From the IMG/VR virus record IMGVR_UViG_3300030380_002303, positions 1-53,013 of that record: 53,013 nt of DNA, one strand, 5' to 3'. The position numbers and the translations under genes were made by a program. The stretch comes from a virus. Taxonomy: Duplodnaviria > Caudoviricetes. Shown here in pieces: positions 36,494-46,039 of the stretch. How positions within the stretch are numbered: the first letter of the stretch is position 1; each line of letters starts with the position of its first letter. The notes beneath the pieces were generated by a model. That model was not told the origin of the DNA. It made no database searches and saw only the letters and a program-made list of their open reading frames with translations.

Positions 36494-36789
36494 GTAACAT
36501 TAGCCAAAGCACCCATATTATCTTCTGGCATTGATTGTCTTTGTGGTTCTTCTTGCATCTGATTTTCTTCCATGCCACCAATCTGTTCAATCAATTGTGC
36601 TAATTCTGGTAATAATTTAATTAAAACACTCATAACATCTGGTGTAATTGCAGAATCTAATTTTTGCAATTCTTCTGGTGTCATTTCTGCTAATCTTGAC
36701 ATTAAAACAATCTGTATACTTTCAGATGGTTTTTTTAAATTTTCTTTTGCTTCTTCTGGCATATTTATACCCATATCTTCAAGTGCCAT
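36490..36789 (-). CDS. Small acidic protein (C-terminal GAL)
   Basis: 99 aa, GGAG RBS, coupled. Confidence 0.75.
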   Translation of the reverse strand: MALEDMGINMPEEAKENLKKPSESIQIVLMSRLAEMTPEELQKLDSAITPDVMSVLIKLLPELAQLIEQIGGMEENQMQEEPQRQSMPEDNMGALANVT

Positions 36790-38164
36790 TATTTTCTCCT
36801 GTATATAAAATAGAATAATCTTTTGGTTTATTAAAATAACCTATTACATAACAAAATGGTTCAAATATCTTTCTGTAGATTTTACCAAGATAATCTGGTT
36901 TATTAGATAATCCCATTATGTATTTGATTTCATTGCATCTATGTTGAGCAACATGCTTCCACAACTTTACATATTTACCTTTTCTCATCTTTTGAACAAC
37001 ATTAATTGACCATGTATGATAACCAATCACATGCTGTTTTGATAAATGTTTAAAAGTATATTGATAATCTATTAAAACATCTTCTTTTGTCATTAGATTT
37101 TGTCTGTATAATTCATTACAAATAACACGACCACCAATTGCTCTACCTAATGTTCCACCTACAATCGCACCGATAGGACCACCTAATGATGCACCGATAT
37201 ATGTACCTAATCCTGTTCCAACAGCAGATTTAGCCGCAGTTTCTGGGTCATCCCCTCCAATTAAATCTACAAAAAATGATGTAACACCTGCACCAACACC
37301 TGCACCAATATTTTTTCTATCCGTAAATCTTGAACCAAAACTTCTTTCTGATGGTTGACCTTTTGATTCAAAACCAGAATCTGCTATTTCTTTATATCTA
37401 TTTTGTTGTGTTTCATCTAAACCACCTACCATATTAGTGTCTGTTGTTTGTTTAGAAGTGGCAAATGCATCACCTACTTTCATACCTGCATCTGATTTTG
37501 TGGTTGTTGTTTGTGGTTTAAATGCAAAAACACCATCTTGTATTTCTTGTGCGTTTCCTGATTTAACAGCTTGGTCAAATAAATCACCATAACCTAATTT
37601 ATCTGCTGTTTCTTTTGTTGCTATTTTAGGATTAAAAATTAAATTTTGTTTTGATTCTGCAAATTTAGAAAAACCTTTATCTGATAAATCACCTAATGTA
37701 AATGTTTTTGTTCCAAAACCTACACCTGATTTTAAACCTTCTGTTAATTTTTCTGTAGTTGTAAGACCTGTTTGACTGCCTGTTGGTAATATATCAAAAG
37801 TGGTATCAAACATTGCAGAACCTACATTAGCGCCTAATTGTGTTCCTATCGCACCAACTGTATCTTTAATTAATTGTTTTTCTATCTGGTCTGGAGATAA
37901 GAAATCTGGTGATTGTCCTTGTTGGTTAACTAAATTTTTATATTGGTCTAAAGCTGTTTTATCAAATTCATCATTTGGATTATATGTTCTTTCGCCAGTT
38001 TGTATTGTTTTAACCCAATTTAAAACTGGCATATATTGTGTGCCATAATATTTTAAATCAAATGGTTGTTCTGGCTTTTGTGATTCTAATTGATAAACAC
38101 CATATGAAAATTCTTCATTAGGATTTACATTAGAATTTAAAGCACCATATGTGTTTACTGACAT
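36779..38164 (-). CDS. Putative virion/ejected protein with glycine zipper and Cys-led C-terminal domain
   Basis: GTGLGTYIGASLGGPIGAIVGGTLGRAIG followed by GRVICNELY..GYHTW. Confidence 0.7.
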   Translation of the reverse strand: MSVNTYGALNSNVNPNEEFSYGVYQLESQKPEQPFDLKYYGTQYMPVLNWVKTIQTGERTYNPNDEFDKTALDQYKNLVNQQGQSPDFLSPDQIEKQLIKDTVGAIGTQLGANVGSAMFDTTFDILPTGSQTGLTTTEKLTEGLKSGVGFGTKTFTLGDLSDKGFSKFAESKQNLIFNPKIATKETADKLGYGDLFDQAVKSGNAQEIQDGVFAFKPQTTTTKSDAGMKVGDAFATSKQTTDTNMVGGLDETQQNRYKEIADSGFESKGQPSERSFGSRFTDRKNIGAGVGAGVTSFFVDLIGGDDPETAAKSAVGTGLGTYIGASLGGPIGAIVGGTLGRAIGGRVICNELYRQNLMTKEDVLIDYQYTFKHLSKQHVIGYHTWSINVVQKMRKGKYVKLWKHVAQHRCNEIKYIMGLSNKPDYLGKIYRKIFEPFCYVIGYFNKPKDYSILYTGENNGT

Positions 38165-38484
38165 TAACTTACCTCCAATAAACTTACAATAACATGTAAT
38201 CTATTAGCATTTCCTGCTTGACTTTTTAAAATCTCGCTTTCTTGTATTATAAGTGGTTGTGTTAATAATTCAACCGTAGAATTTGCAGATACAGATTTAG
38301 TTTTATAAATAGAAAAAACATCAGAGCCAGATGTTAATGTAACATCTATTGTTGAGCCACTTCCACTATCATCATTGACAAGAATACTTTTAACAATTGT
38401 TTGAGTTGCAGTAGGACAAGTATATATTGTTGTATTGTCTGTAGTTGTTAAATCTGCTTTTGCATTTTTATAATTATTAGGCAA
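38164..38484 (-). CDS. Small beta-rich tail-associated protein
   Basis: TTIYTCP..IVKSILV..ELLTQPLII..LHVIVSLLE. Confidence 0.65.
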   Translation of the reverse strand: MPNNYKNAKADLTTTDNTTIYTCPTATQTIVKSILVNDDSGSGSTIDVTLTSGSDVFSIYKTKSVSANSTVELLTQPLIIQESEILKSQAGNANRLHVIVSLLEVS

Positions 38485-38686
38485 AGAAAAATCCTTTTGC
38501 AGATGCTCTGTCTTCAGTTTCTTGATTAGCAGTTAATATTTGATTGCTATTTTGTAATTCTTTTAATTCTAATGCAGATATTAAATTTTGATTGAAAACA
38601 ATTGTTGCATTGAATTTACCCAAAAAAGCTTCTGCAGGTGCAGGTGCTGATATTGGTGTGGGTGGTGTTGGTAATCTTATTGTCAT
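38477..38686 (-). CDS. Small tail-associated protein
   Basis: RLPTPP N-terminus; coupled to the nozzle gene. Confidence 0.65.
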   Translation of the reverse strand: MTIRLPTPPTPISAPAPAEAFLGKFNATIVFNQNLISALELKELQNSNQILTANQETEDRASAKGFFFA

Positions 38687-40569
38687 CTTAAACTGTCCTC
38701 TCTAGCATTAATTCTAAAATCTCCAATAGACCAATCATCATCTGTTCCTGTGCTTGAATATTTTATTGCTATTTGTCTACCTTTTGCTCTTGTACTTACT
38801 TTTCTTGTTGATGATGTTACTGTAAATGGACCTTTTGTTATTTCTGTAGCCTGTGGATATTTTCTTGATTTAAATTCTACTAACAAATTTGTTTCTGAAG
38901 TCATTGATGCATCAGGCACAATTTTGTCAATCATGTATAATCTACTACCAGTTTCATCTATTTCTACTTCTGACGTTTCAATATGACAATTCATTGCAGA
39001 ACCATTATCACTTGTTCCTGTTTCATGATTATACAATCTACCATCTTTATCAAATGCAAATGGCACTGTTCTAAATCCTGTAGCATCTAACCAAGTATTT
39101 CTTTGTAAAGAACCAATAGACCATACATTTTCTTGATAATTATATGTTACATAACTATCTGGCTCTGGATTTGATTCCTCTTCATTAGCTGTACTTACAT
39201 AATACCATGTTAATTCACTAAATTTTTTATTATGTCCTACATGAATTTTGTCTTGATATCTAATTTGCATCCTATCAAATACAAATTGTTTTACAGGACA
39301 AGGTAACTCTTGCACATTACCATTATAGAAATAAAAATTACTTTTACCAATCCAATAGACACTGCCATCAACACTAATCGTTCCATTAATCGCAACAGCA
39401 CCACAATTTACAGCTAATAATCTAAATGAAAATGTAAATGGTGGACCTGTAAATGTCATGCCATAAACTGCTTCATCTGTATTTATAAAAGTTTCATCTT
39501 TAGTAGGTGTAATGGCAATAATTTTATTTCCAACTTCTAATCTTTGGTCACCTGCTGTATTTGTGGCTGTTACAGTAAAATTTGTAAAATCTTCTTGGTC
39601 AGAAAATCTTACTAACATAGGGTCAAAAACACCATCAATTATATTATTTGTTCCTGCTAATATTAAATGTCTGTCTGGAAAAGATATACTCATCATTCTA
39701 TTTTGAGTAGGTACACCTGATGCACCACCTAAACTAGAAGCTAAAACTGCTCTTTGATTTTCTCCACCAGATGTATCCCAATAATATAATCTACCTAATC
39801 TATTTAATGCTAATAAATCATCTCCCCATATTTGTAATGACCATTGAGTTGCTTCCAATGACACATCAGATGTTGCAGTTGACCTTGCAGTTCCCCAAGT
39901 ATCATCTCCCCATGCACCAACACCCCAACCTAAAGCAGGGTCTGAACTTTCAATGCCAACATTTTCTGCGTTGCCTATAAGATATTTTATATTCATTGTT
40001 CCACCACCAGAAGAAACTGTACTTGATGCAGTATCTGGAGACACAAAAGAATAACTGTTATCAGTAATTTTTGTGATTTGATAACCTTCAATACGATTTA
40101 ATGTATCAGCAGATATGCCACCTATAGCAGTTGCACTATCCAAAACAACAAAATCTCCTGTAACTGCGCCATGTGATGTATCTGTTACAGTAATTGTTGT
40201 TGAACCATCTGTTGTTGCTAACGGATTTGATAATGAAGATGATGTTTTTCTCAGTGGTGTTATATCAAATAAAACATCTGCTTTTAAAATATATAAATGT
40301 GATGATGTGCCTAAAGCAATTCTATCTGCACCATCATCAAGACTTCTCCAAAATATCATTTTTTTTGGTTTGCCTTGCACAAGTGTTGTTGTTGAAGTTG
40401 ATGTTGTTCTAAAATAATTTTCCTCTTGCCAACCACCTATTTTTTTTGGATAGCCATTTACAAATCTAACAAGATTTGAATCAACATAGAATGGACCATT
40501 TTTACCTGCTGAATATTCTGTAATATCTTTTACAACACCGGGTCTAAATTTTAACAATCTTAAACTCAA
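38683..40569 (-). CDS. Tail nozzle/stabilisation protein (tail tubular B or P22 gp10-like)
   Basis: 628 aa, beta-propeller-like; VRFSDQED, FYFYNGNVQELPCPV, RAKGRQIAIK; position before the ejection genes. Confidence 0.7.
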   Translation of the reverse strand: MSLRLLKFRPGVVKDITEYSAGKNGPFYVDSNLVRFVNGYPKKIGGWQEENYFRTTSTSTTTLVQGKPKKMIFWRSLDDGADRIALGTSSHLYILKADVLFDITPLRKTSSSLSNPLATTDGSTTITVTDTSHGAVTGDFVVLDSATAIGGISADTLNRIEGYQITKITDNSYSFVSPDTASSTVSSGGGTMNIKYLIGNAENVGIESSDPALGWGVGAWGDDTWGTARSTATSDVSLEATQWSLQIWGDDLLALNRLGRLYYWDTSGGENQRAVLASSLGGASGVPTQNRMMSISFPDRHLILAGTNNIIDGVFDPMLVRFSDQEDFTNFTVTATNTAGDQRLEVGNKIIAITPTKDETFINTDEAVYGMTFTGPPFTFSFRLLAVNCGAVAINGTISVDGSVYWIGKSNFYFYNGNVQELPCPVKQFVFDRMQIRYQDKIHVGHNKKFSELTWYYVSTANEEESNPEPDSYVTYNYQENVWSIGSLQRNTWLDATGFRTVPFAFDKDGRLYNHETGTSDNGSAMNCHIETSEVEIDETGSRLYMIDKIVPDASMTSETNLLVEFKSRKYPQATEITKGPFTVTSSTRKVSTRAKGRQIAIKYSSTGTDDDWSIGDFRINAREDSLR

Positions 40570-41009
40570 ATTATATCCTTCATTCTTTGTACTAATCTAT
40601 CTGCTCTGTTAGTTACTTGTCTATACCACTTGGAATTTTTCATCTCCTCGCTTGCAGAAACAAAATCCCTGTTATCAACATGTTTTTTCATTTTCAAAAA
40701 TCTGCTTAAACGAGGACGACCAAGATTAAACATCATATTGGCAATAATCAATTGTGCTTCTTCTGGTAAATCATAAAAATCATCATATAGATATGTACAT
40801 TCTTGTAATGTAACTTTTATATCTTCATCAAATAATTCATTAACTCTTTCTTCATCTATTTTAGTGCCTACTTCTAAATCATATTCTGGGTCTGTTTCTT
40901 TTATCAAATGTCCCACTCCACAAGTCGGTAGGGAAAGGTGGTCTAAATATATTTCATATTTTACACCTTCATCAATTTTTAATTCTTCTCGTAATTGTTC
41001 TATATTCAC
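40566..41009 (-). CDS. Endolysin, T4-lysozyme-like (GH24)
   Basis: DEG..IYLDHL..TCGVGHLI (E-x8-D-x5-T), NMMFNLG, SKWYRQVTNRA. Confidence 0.92.
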   Translation of the reverse strand: MNIEQLREELKIDEGVKYEIYLDHLSLPTCGVGHLIKETDPEYDLEVGTKIDEERVNELFDEDIKVTLQECTYLYDDFYDLPEEAQLIIANMMFNLGRPRLSRFLKMKKHVDNRDFVSASEEMKNSKWYRQVTNRADRLVQRMKDII

Positions 41010-41110
41010 TTTTTTAGCCTATCATTATCTATTACACCACAAATAGGGCATTTATACACACCTTTTATTTCTGTTTCATTCATGTTTACTTTACATCTTT
41101 CACACATCAT
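41006..41110 (-). CDS. Zinc-ribbon microprotein (34 aa; not in the ORF track)
   Basis: MMCERCKVNMNETEIKGVYKCPICGVIDNDRLKK; ATGA overlap with the holin and GTGA overlap with the endolysin. Confidence 0.75.
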   Translation of the reverse strand: MMCERCKVNMNETEIKGVYKCPICGVIDNDRLKK

Positions 41111-41484
41111 TTTTTTGTGTCCGTTTTTTTCATCTTATCATAAGACCTCATTCCACCAATCCCTAACATGCCAAACATTAATGGCATCATTACTGACATA
41201 TCTGCTTGAGGTATATTAACACCAAATCCTGCACAAATTGGTGCCACCATGTAATTTATGCCAAGAGATAGACCAGAAATCCAGCCAATAAGTGGGCGCC
41301 ATGATGATTGAAACCAATTTCCTCTAGCATCTTCTTTAAGAACCTCAATTTGAGCAAGTGCTAATTCTTGACCATGTTTTTCAGCCATTGTAGCAATATC
41401 ATGTGCTAATTTATTTTTTGTGTCCTTATCTTCAATAAATTTGCCTAATAATTTAGTGGCAGGACCTATTAATGCTTGTATCAT
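41107..41484 (-). CDS. Holin (GTA 3-TM holin-like)
   Basis: WFQSSWRPLIGW, GMLGIGGMRSYDK. Confidence 0.85.
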   Translation of the reverse strand: MIQALIGPATKLLGKFIEDKDTKNKLAHDIATMAEKHGQELALAQIEVLKEDARGNWFQSSWRPLIGWISGLSLGINYMVAPICAGFGVNIPQADMSVMMPLMFGMLGIGGMRSYDKMKKTDTKK

Positions 41485-41678
41485 TAGTATAACCTCATAT
41501 TTTCATTAACATTGACAAGTTTGCAATAACAATTATAGTTTTTGTTTTCTTCACCAATTTTAATAGTTTGATTTGATAAAAATTTTTTAAAATATACACA
41601 ATTATTTATATTTGCTAAATGCATTATACCTGCAGGATTTCCTGCTAAATAACATAATAAAACAAATGCAGGTTTCAT
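41484..41678 (-). CDS. Small Cys-containing protein
   Basis: 64 aa, coupled to genes on both sides. Confidence 0.65.
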   Translation of the reverse strand: MKPAFVLLCYLAGNPAGIMHLANINNCVYFKKFLSNQTIKIGEENKNYNCYCKLVNVNENMRLY

Positions 41679-41995
41679 TTGCCATTCCTATTCATTAAAG
41701 CAGATGCACCCATATAGGCACCAACAATACCAGCACCAGAAATATAAAAAAGGTTAGAAACATCTGAAAGGGCTTTAACTCTATCAATATCCACCAAAAA
41801 GAGAGCAAGAGTAAAAACACCCATACCAACCAAACTGGCAGTTGCCATTCTTCTTTGCGCTCTTTGTTTTCGTAAATCATGTTCTAATTTTTTTATTTCA
41901 GTAACATGATTTAACTCTTCATCAGAAACTATCCCATCTCCATCTTCATCATATTCTGCATAAATAGATTGTTTCTGTAATTTTTTTTGAGGCAT
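41675..41995 (-). CDS. Two-TM membrane protein with EF-hand-like loop
   Basis: DEDGDGIVSDEE followed by two hydrophobic helices. Confidence 0.7.
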   Translation of the reverse strand: MPQKKLQKQSIYAEYDEDGDGIVSDEELNHVTEIKKLEHDLRKQRAQRRMATASLVGMGVFTLALFLVDIDRVKALSDVSNLFYISGAGIVGAYMGASALMNRNGK

Positions 41996-41997
41996 TA

Positions 41998-42555
41998 TTA
42001 AATCTCATCTGGAAAATCATTTATAGGTGGATTATTGCCATCTGAAGGTGTATCAAATAATTTAGTAAAATCTGCAAGATTACTACAATTATTAATAGCT
42101 GTTTCAATAGATGCACATTTTGTCCTAATGGTATCTCTATATGTTGTTATATCATTAGGAATAGCTGTAGATTTTTCTGCATTTCTTACAATCATCCAAT
42201 CATGTTTAGATAATTTTTCTTGTGCTGTTTTTTTTGTTTGAGTTATCCAAATAGATTTCAAACCTAATGTTATGACTTGATTTCCATTTGCGTCTAAAAC
42301 AGCTTTTCCATCTTCATCAACTTCTTTTATATCTGTAAGACTGCGTTCTATTAGAGAACCATCTGTTTTTCTCCCAAAATAAAATCTATTATCAAAAGGT
42401 TCTTGAGATTTAGGTGCTTCTTCCCATGTTAAACCTTTGGCTTTTTTATCATCATCTGACCATCTTGACCATTGTGCAGGATGTTGAGTGCCATCATCAG
42501 ATACCCATGTTTTACCCTCTGTGATATAAGTTCCATCTTTTTTCTTCCAAGGCAT
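41998..42555 (-). CDS. Tail fibre-associated/assembly protein
   Basis: HPAQW..W, DWMIVRNAE..IP..YRDTIR; directly downstream of the fibre gene. Confidence 0.65.
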   Translation of the reverse strand: MPWKKKDGTYITEGKTWVSDDGTQHPAQWSRWSDDDKKAKGLTWEEAPKSQEPFDNRFYFGRKTDGSLIERSLTDIKEVDEDGKAVLDANGNQVITLGLKSIWITQTKKTAQEKLSKHDWMIVRNAEKSTAIPNDITTYRDTIRTKCASIETAINNCSNLADFTKLFDTPSDGNNPPINDFPDEI

Positions 42556-42564
42556 TATTATCTC

Positions 42565-45500
42565 CTATCTTGCATTACTAAATTTAAATGGCTGTTCGGC
42601 GAAAGCCAAATATAAGAATGTTCCACCACTACTATTATAAACTGCTTCTGTTGACCTAATTTTAAATCCTTGAGATAAAAAATCTACATTAATTGAAGGA
42701 CTTAAAGTTGAGCCATCTATTTCAACATGATTTCCATTAGCAGAAAGATATCTATCTACTGCATTAAATGTATTTCTTTTATTATCTAACATTTGCCACC
42801 CACCACTATCATTACTTCTTTTTAGCATAATGAAGGCCGGTCTAAATCCAAGATATGCATAGGGTCCGTCAGTTGAGCCGTTTCCCGTATAACTGCCAAC
42901 CGCCGAATATCCCTCTACGTTGGCAAAGCAATACATAACATAAGTTTTTGTGCTTTGATTTACTGTGCTATCTGTATTAATTGTAACAACACTACTTGTA
43001 GGTGCTGTATTATTAAATGAACCACTATTTGAGCTAAATGCATTTCCATCAAAATACAATTGACCAGTAAAACCACTTTGGTCTTGCCCTATAACCCAAT
43101 TTGGAACACTACCACCTGTTCTATTTTTTAAAATGACCATGCTTGGTGCTACATTTAATCCATGTCCTAATGTAGCTAAAGAACCAGTACCAGTATAAGT
43201 TATAATACTAAATCCAGATGTTTCGTTTGTTTGTGTAACACATAGAAGTGAACCATCAAAGTTTGTTGAGCCAAAAGATGTGTTAGTGTTTATTTGACCA
43301 CCCATGCCTGAATGATAATGACACCAATAGTATAAAGTTGGTGCTGAACTGGCTACAGTAATTATAATTTGTCTTGTTGTTGCACTATTAAATTCACTAA
43401 CATAATCACTTTCAGTTTTTGTTACTCCATCCAATTTGTAAACAACACCTGTTGAATATGTACTTCCACCACCATGAGAACCATTTGATGTTGTACTAAA
43501 TTTCATAGGATGTCCATCTACAGAACTATCAGATAAGTCAAACGTATATGTTCCAAGTTCTTGCAAATCTAAAGTAACTGCACTTTGAGCAAATGTTGCA
43601 TTATCTGCTGAATTTCTAAATCTATATTTGTTTCCCCCATCAGAAACAACGACAACTTTATATGTTTTGGCAGGTGTTGAGCCACCACACTTCCAAGTCC
43701 AAACAACAAAAGTTGTTCCATTATTATTATCTAATCCTCCTGATACTTGAATACCATTTGTTACAATCTTAGGATGAGTGTCATTTGCTTCTGCATCTGT
43801 AGTGTTTGTATGCAGATTTGGAAAATTATCACCATTTCTTCTTGAACTATCTATTAAAGTATGTTGAGTTACTTGACTTCTGCCCTTATTCCAACTCCAA
43901 TCTGGTGTAAATGTATTCAAAGCAATATTTCTATCGCTTGTACCATCACCAGTATATAAAAATGTATTAAAATGGTCATCGGCTTGTGTGTCTTGTGCAG
44001 GACTGATAGTTAAATCTGGTAAATTTTGAGAACTCAAAGCTAAAAAACCACTAGGAGGTTCATACTGAAATTTACCAATGCCGTTAGAATCCGTATTTCC
44101 TGCTGTAGTTTCATTACCTGCAAATGTATCATCTGAACCAAAATTAACATTCAATGTATTATTAGATGTTTGTCTTACAAAAGAAGGTGTCAATCTACCA
44201 GTAACACCTGTAAATGCCGCATTTGTTGTTGTTCCTGCTTCTATCTGTGCTTTAACTGTAGCAGAATTATCACTTGTTCCTTTATTAAACCAACTGCCTT
44301 GTTTACCAAACCATATAGCACCATTATCTACATCAAGAGCAACCATTACAACATGTCCGTCTGCTACAGTTCCTCCATAACCACTTGTGTAGTTACTATT
44401 ATTGACTAATTGTGCCGCACCACTGTTATCATTTGTAACAAGAACCCACTCATATTGGTCAACACCACCATCTTCATTTGCCATAATATATTTTTCAGTA
44501 TCAAATACACCCATTGCAAATCTATTTGAACTGCTTTGTCTTACTTCCCAATACCATTTTCCACTATTAACAGCAAAAGTTGCAGGTGTCCTCCCACTAT
44601 TACTACCACTTGTGATTATTGCTTTTAAATTACCTTCTGACAGTGCAGACGCACTTTGTTTTCCTCCAGCATTTAAAACACAGAAACTATTTTCAGGACT
44701 ATCTAATACAAAATCAGTTGATAAAATATTTGTTGTTTTTGTTAAATGATTGCCAGAACCAGATGCATCTGCAATTGTATTATTAGGTTGGTCTGTTCCA
44801 GAACCATATGGGTCTGTTCTTGAACTACCAGTTGTGTTTAAATCAGATGCATTAAAATCTAATCTAAATCCACCAGTGCCAAAATGAGTATTGCCATCTT
44901 CATAAAATTCTATCTGACCAACATGTACAGATTCAGATGTATTTGGTGTTATCACAACCCAATGATAAGTGAAAGCTGTTGTTGTAAAACTGCTAATAGT
45001 TTCTTCAGATGTAATAGTAGTATCTGCAAAATATTTAATTGCACCTCTTTCACCATTCGTGCTTATTAGATTGTCATTTACAGATGAAGAAGTAAATAAA
45101 AGAGTTCCATCTGTAGCATTAGATGGTGCTCCATTTTTACCATAAAGTTTAACTGTAAATGTACTTCCACCACTGCCAACAAATCCAAAATTAGTTGGAG
45201 AATACAAAATAAAACCTGTTACTGTTTTTGAACTTCCCCAATTTTTACCTATGTAACCTGTAGCTTGACTGCCAGTTGTTGCCGCACCACTAGCATATGC
45301 TTGAAATCTTGTGCCATTAAAAGCACCTGCTAATCCACCTTGACCTGTTAAATCACCAATAGCTGTTCCTGTGCCTTGTGCTATTAAAGATGGTTTGGTT
45401 TCATAATTTTTAGGAATCCAAACTCCGTCTTTCGTCTCACCAAAAGCTGTTGGGTCTAAAGCAAATCCATTTACATAACAAGCATAAGATGAATAACCTG

Positions 45501-46038
45501 TTACATAACTATCTGAACCTCCTCCGGGTGGATAATAATTAGCTAAAAAATTGTGTTGAAAATTACCACCATAACCTAATTCTTGACGAACACCACTTCG
45601 TGTGCCACTACCCATAGATGTTAATTCAACACCATTAATATATCCCCTTTGTCTTTTATTTTGTGTGCCATTTGTAGTGTCCCAAGTCCATAACAAATTA
45701 TAATAATTACTTTCATCACGTAAAACAGCATTACTTGCAAAATAATTTACACCATAACCACCAAAAGCCATATTACCAGTGTTGTTGATTTGAATAAAAC
45801 TAAATTGTGATTCACTTCCACCACCATAATTCTGAAAAAAATATCTTCCATATGCTGTATCACTAAGATTTTGTCCTTTTAGCCATATACTAAAAGACCC
45901 ATTCATTCTATCACCTGCACTTGGAGTGTAATAAAAATAATTTGAATCACCATATTCTGTTCTTAATGATTGTGTTGCCACATCATTATAAAATCCAGTG
46001 CTTACTTCTCCAACACCAGATGCAGGAAGTATACTCAT
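42565..46038 (-). CDS. Multidomain tail fibre/receptor-binding protein
   Basis: 1157 aa; LamG/ConA-like N-terminus, SGKWYWEV SPRY-like domain, repeated YTGxG..PDW/PSM/PAF modules. Confidence 0.85.
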   Translation of the reverse strand: MSILPASGVGEVSTGFYNDVATQSLRTEYGDSNYFYYTPSAGDRMNGSFSIWLKGQNLSDTAYGRYFFQNYGGGSESQFSFIQINNTGNMAFGGYGVNYFASNAVLRDESNYYNLLWTWDTTNGTQNKRQRGYINGVELTSMGSGTRSGVRQELGYGGNFQHNFLANYYPPGGGSDSYVTGYSSYACYVNGFALDPTAFGETKDGVWIPKNYETKPSLIAQGTGTAIGDLTGQGGLAGAFNGTRFQAYASGAATTGSQATGYIGKNWGSSKTVTGFILYSPTNFGFVGSGGSTFTVKLYGKNGAPSNATDGTLLFTSSSVNDNLISTNGERGAIKYFADTTITSEETISSFTTTAFTYHWVVITPNTSESVHVGQIEFYEDGNTHFGTGGFRLDFNASDLNTTGSSRTDPYGSGTDQPNNTIADASGSGNHLTKTTNILSTDFVLDSPENSFCVLNAGGKQSASALSEGNLKAIITSGSNSGRTPATFAVNSGKWYWEVRQSSSNRFAMGVFDTEKYIMANEDGGVDQYEWVLVTNDNSGAAQLVNNSNYTSGYGGTVADGHVVMVALDVDNGAIWFGKQGSWFNKGTSDNSATVKAQIEAGTTTNAAFTGVTGRLTPSFVRQTSNNTLNVNFGSDDTFAGNETTAGNTDSNGIGKFQYEPPSGFLALSSQNLPDLTISPAQDTQADDHFNTFLYTGDGTSDRNIALNTFTPDWSWNKGRSQVTQHTLIDSSRRNGDNFPNLHTNTTDAEANDTHPKIVTNGIQVSGGLDNNNGTTFVVWTWKCGGSTPAKTYKVVVVSDGGNKYRFRNSADNATFAQSAVTLDLQELGTYTFDLSDSSVDGHPMKFSTTSNGSHGGGSTYSTGVVYKLDGVTKTESDYVSEFNSATTRQIIITVASSAPTLYYWCHYHSGMGGQINTNTSFGSTNFDGSLLCVTQTNETSGFSIITYTGTGSLATLGHGLNVAPSMVILKNRTGGSVPNWVIGQDQSGFTGQLYFDGNAFSSNSGSFNNTAPTSSVVTINTDSTVNQSTKTYVMYCFANVEGYSAVGSYTGNGSTDGPYAYLGFRPAFIMLKRSNDSGGWQMLDNKRNTFNAVDRYLSANGNHVEIDGSTLSPSINVDFLSQGFKIRSTEAVYNSSGGTFLYLAFAEQPFKFSNAR

Positions 46039-46039
46039 T

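Noticed and set aside
42565-46038. Diversity-generating retroelement target
   Set aside because: No reverse transcriptase and no TR/VR pair seen; differences between the terminal alleles are not adenine-specific
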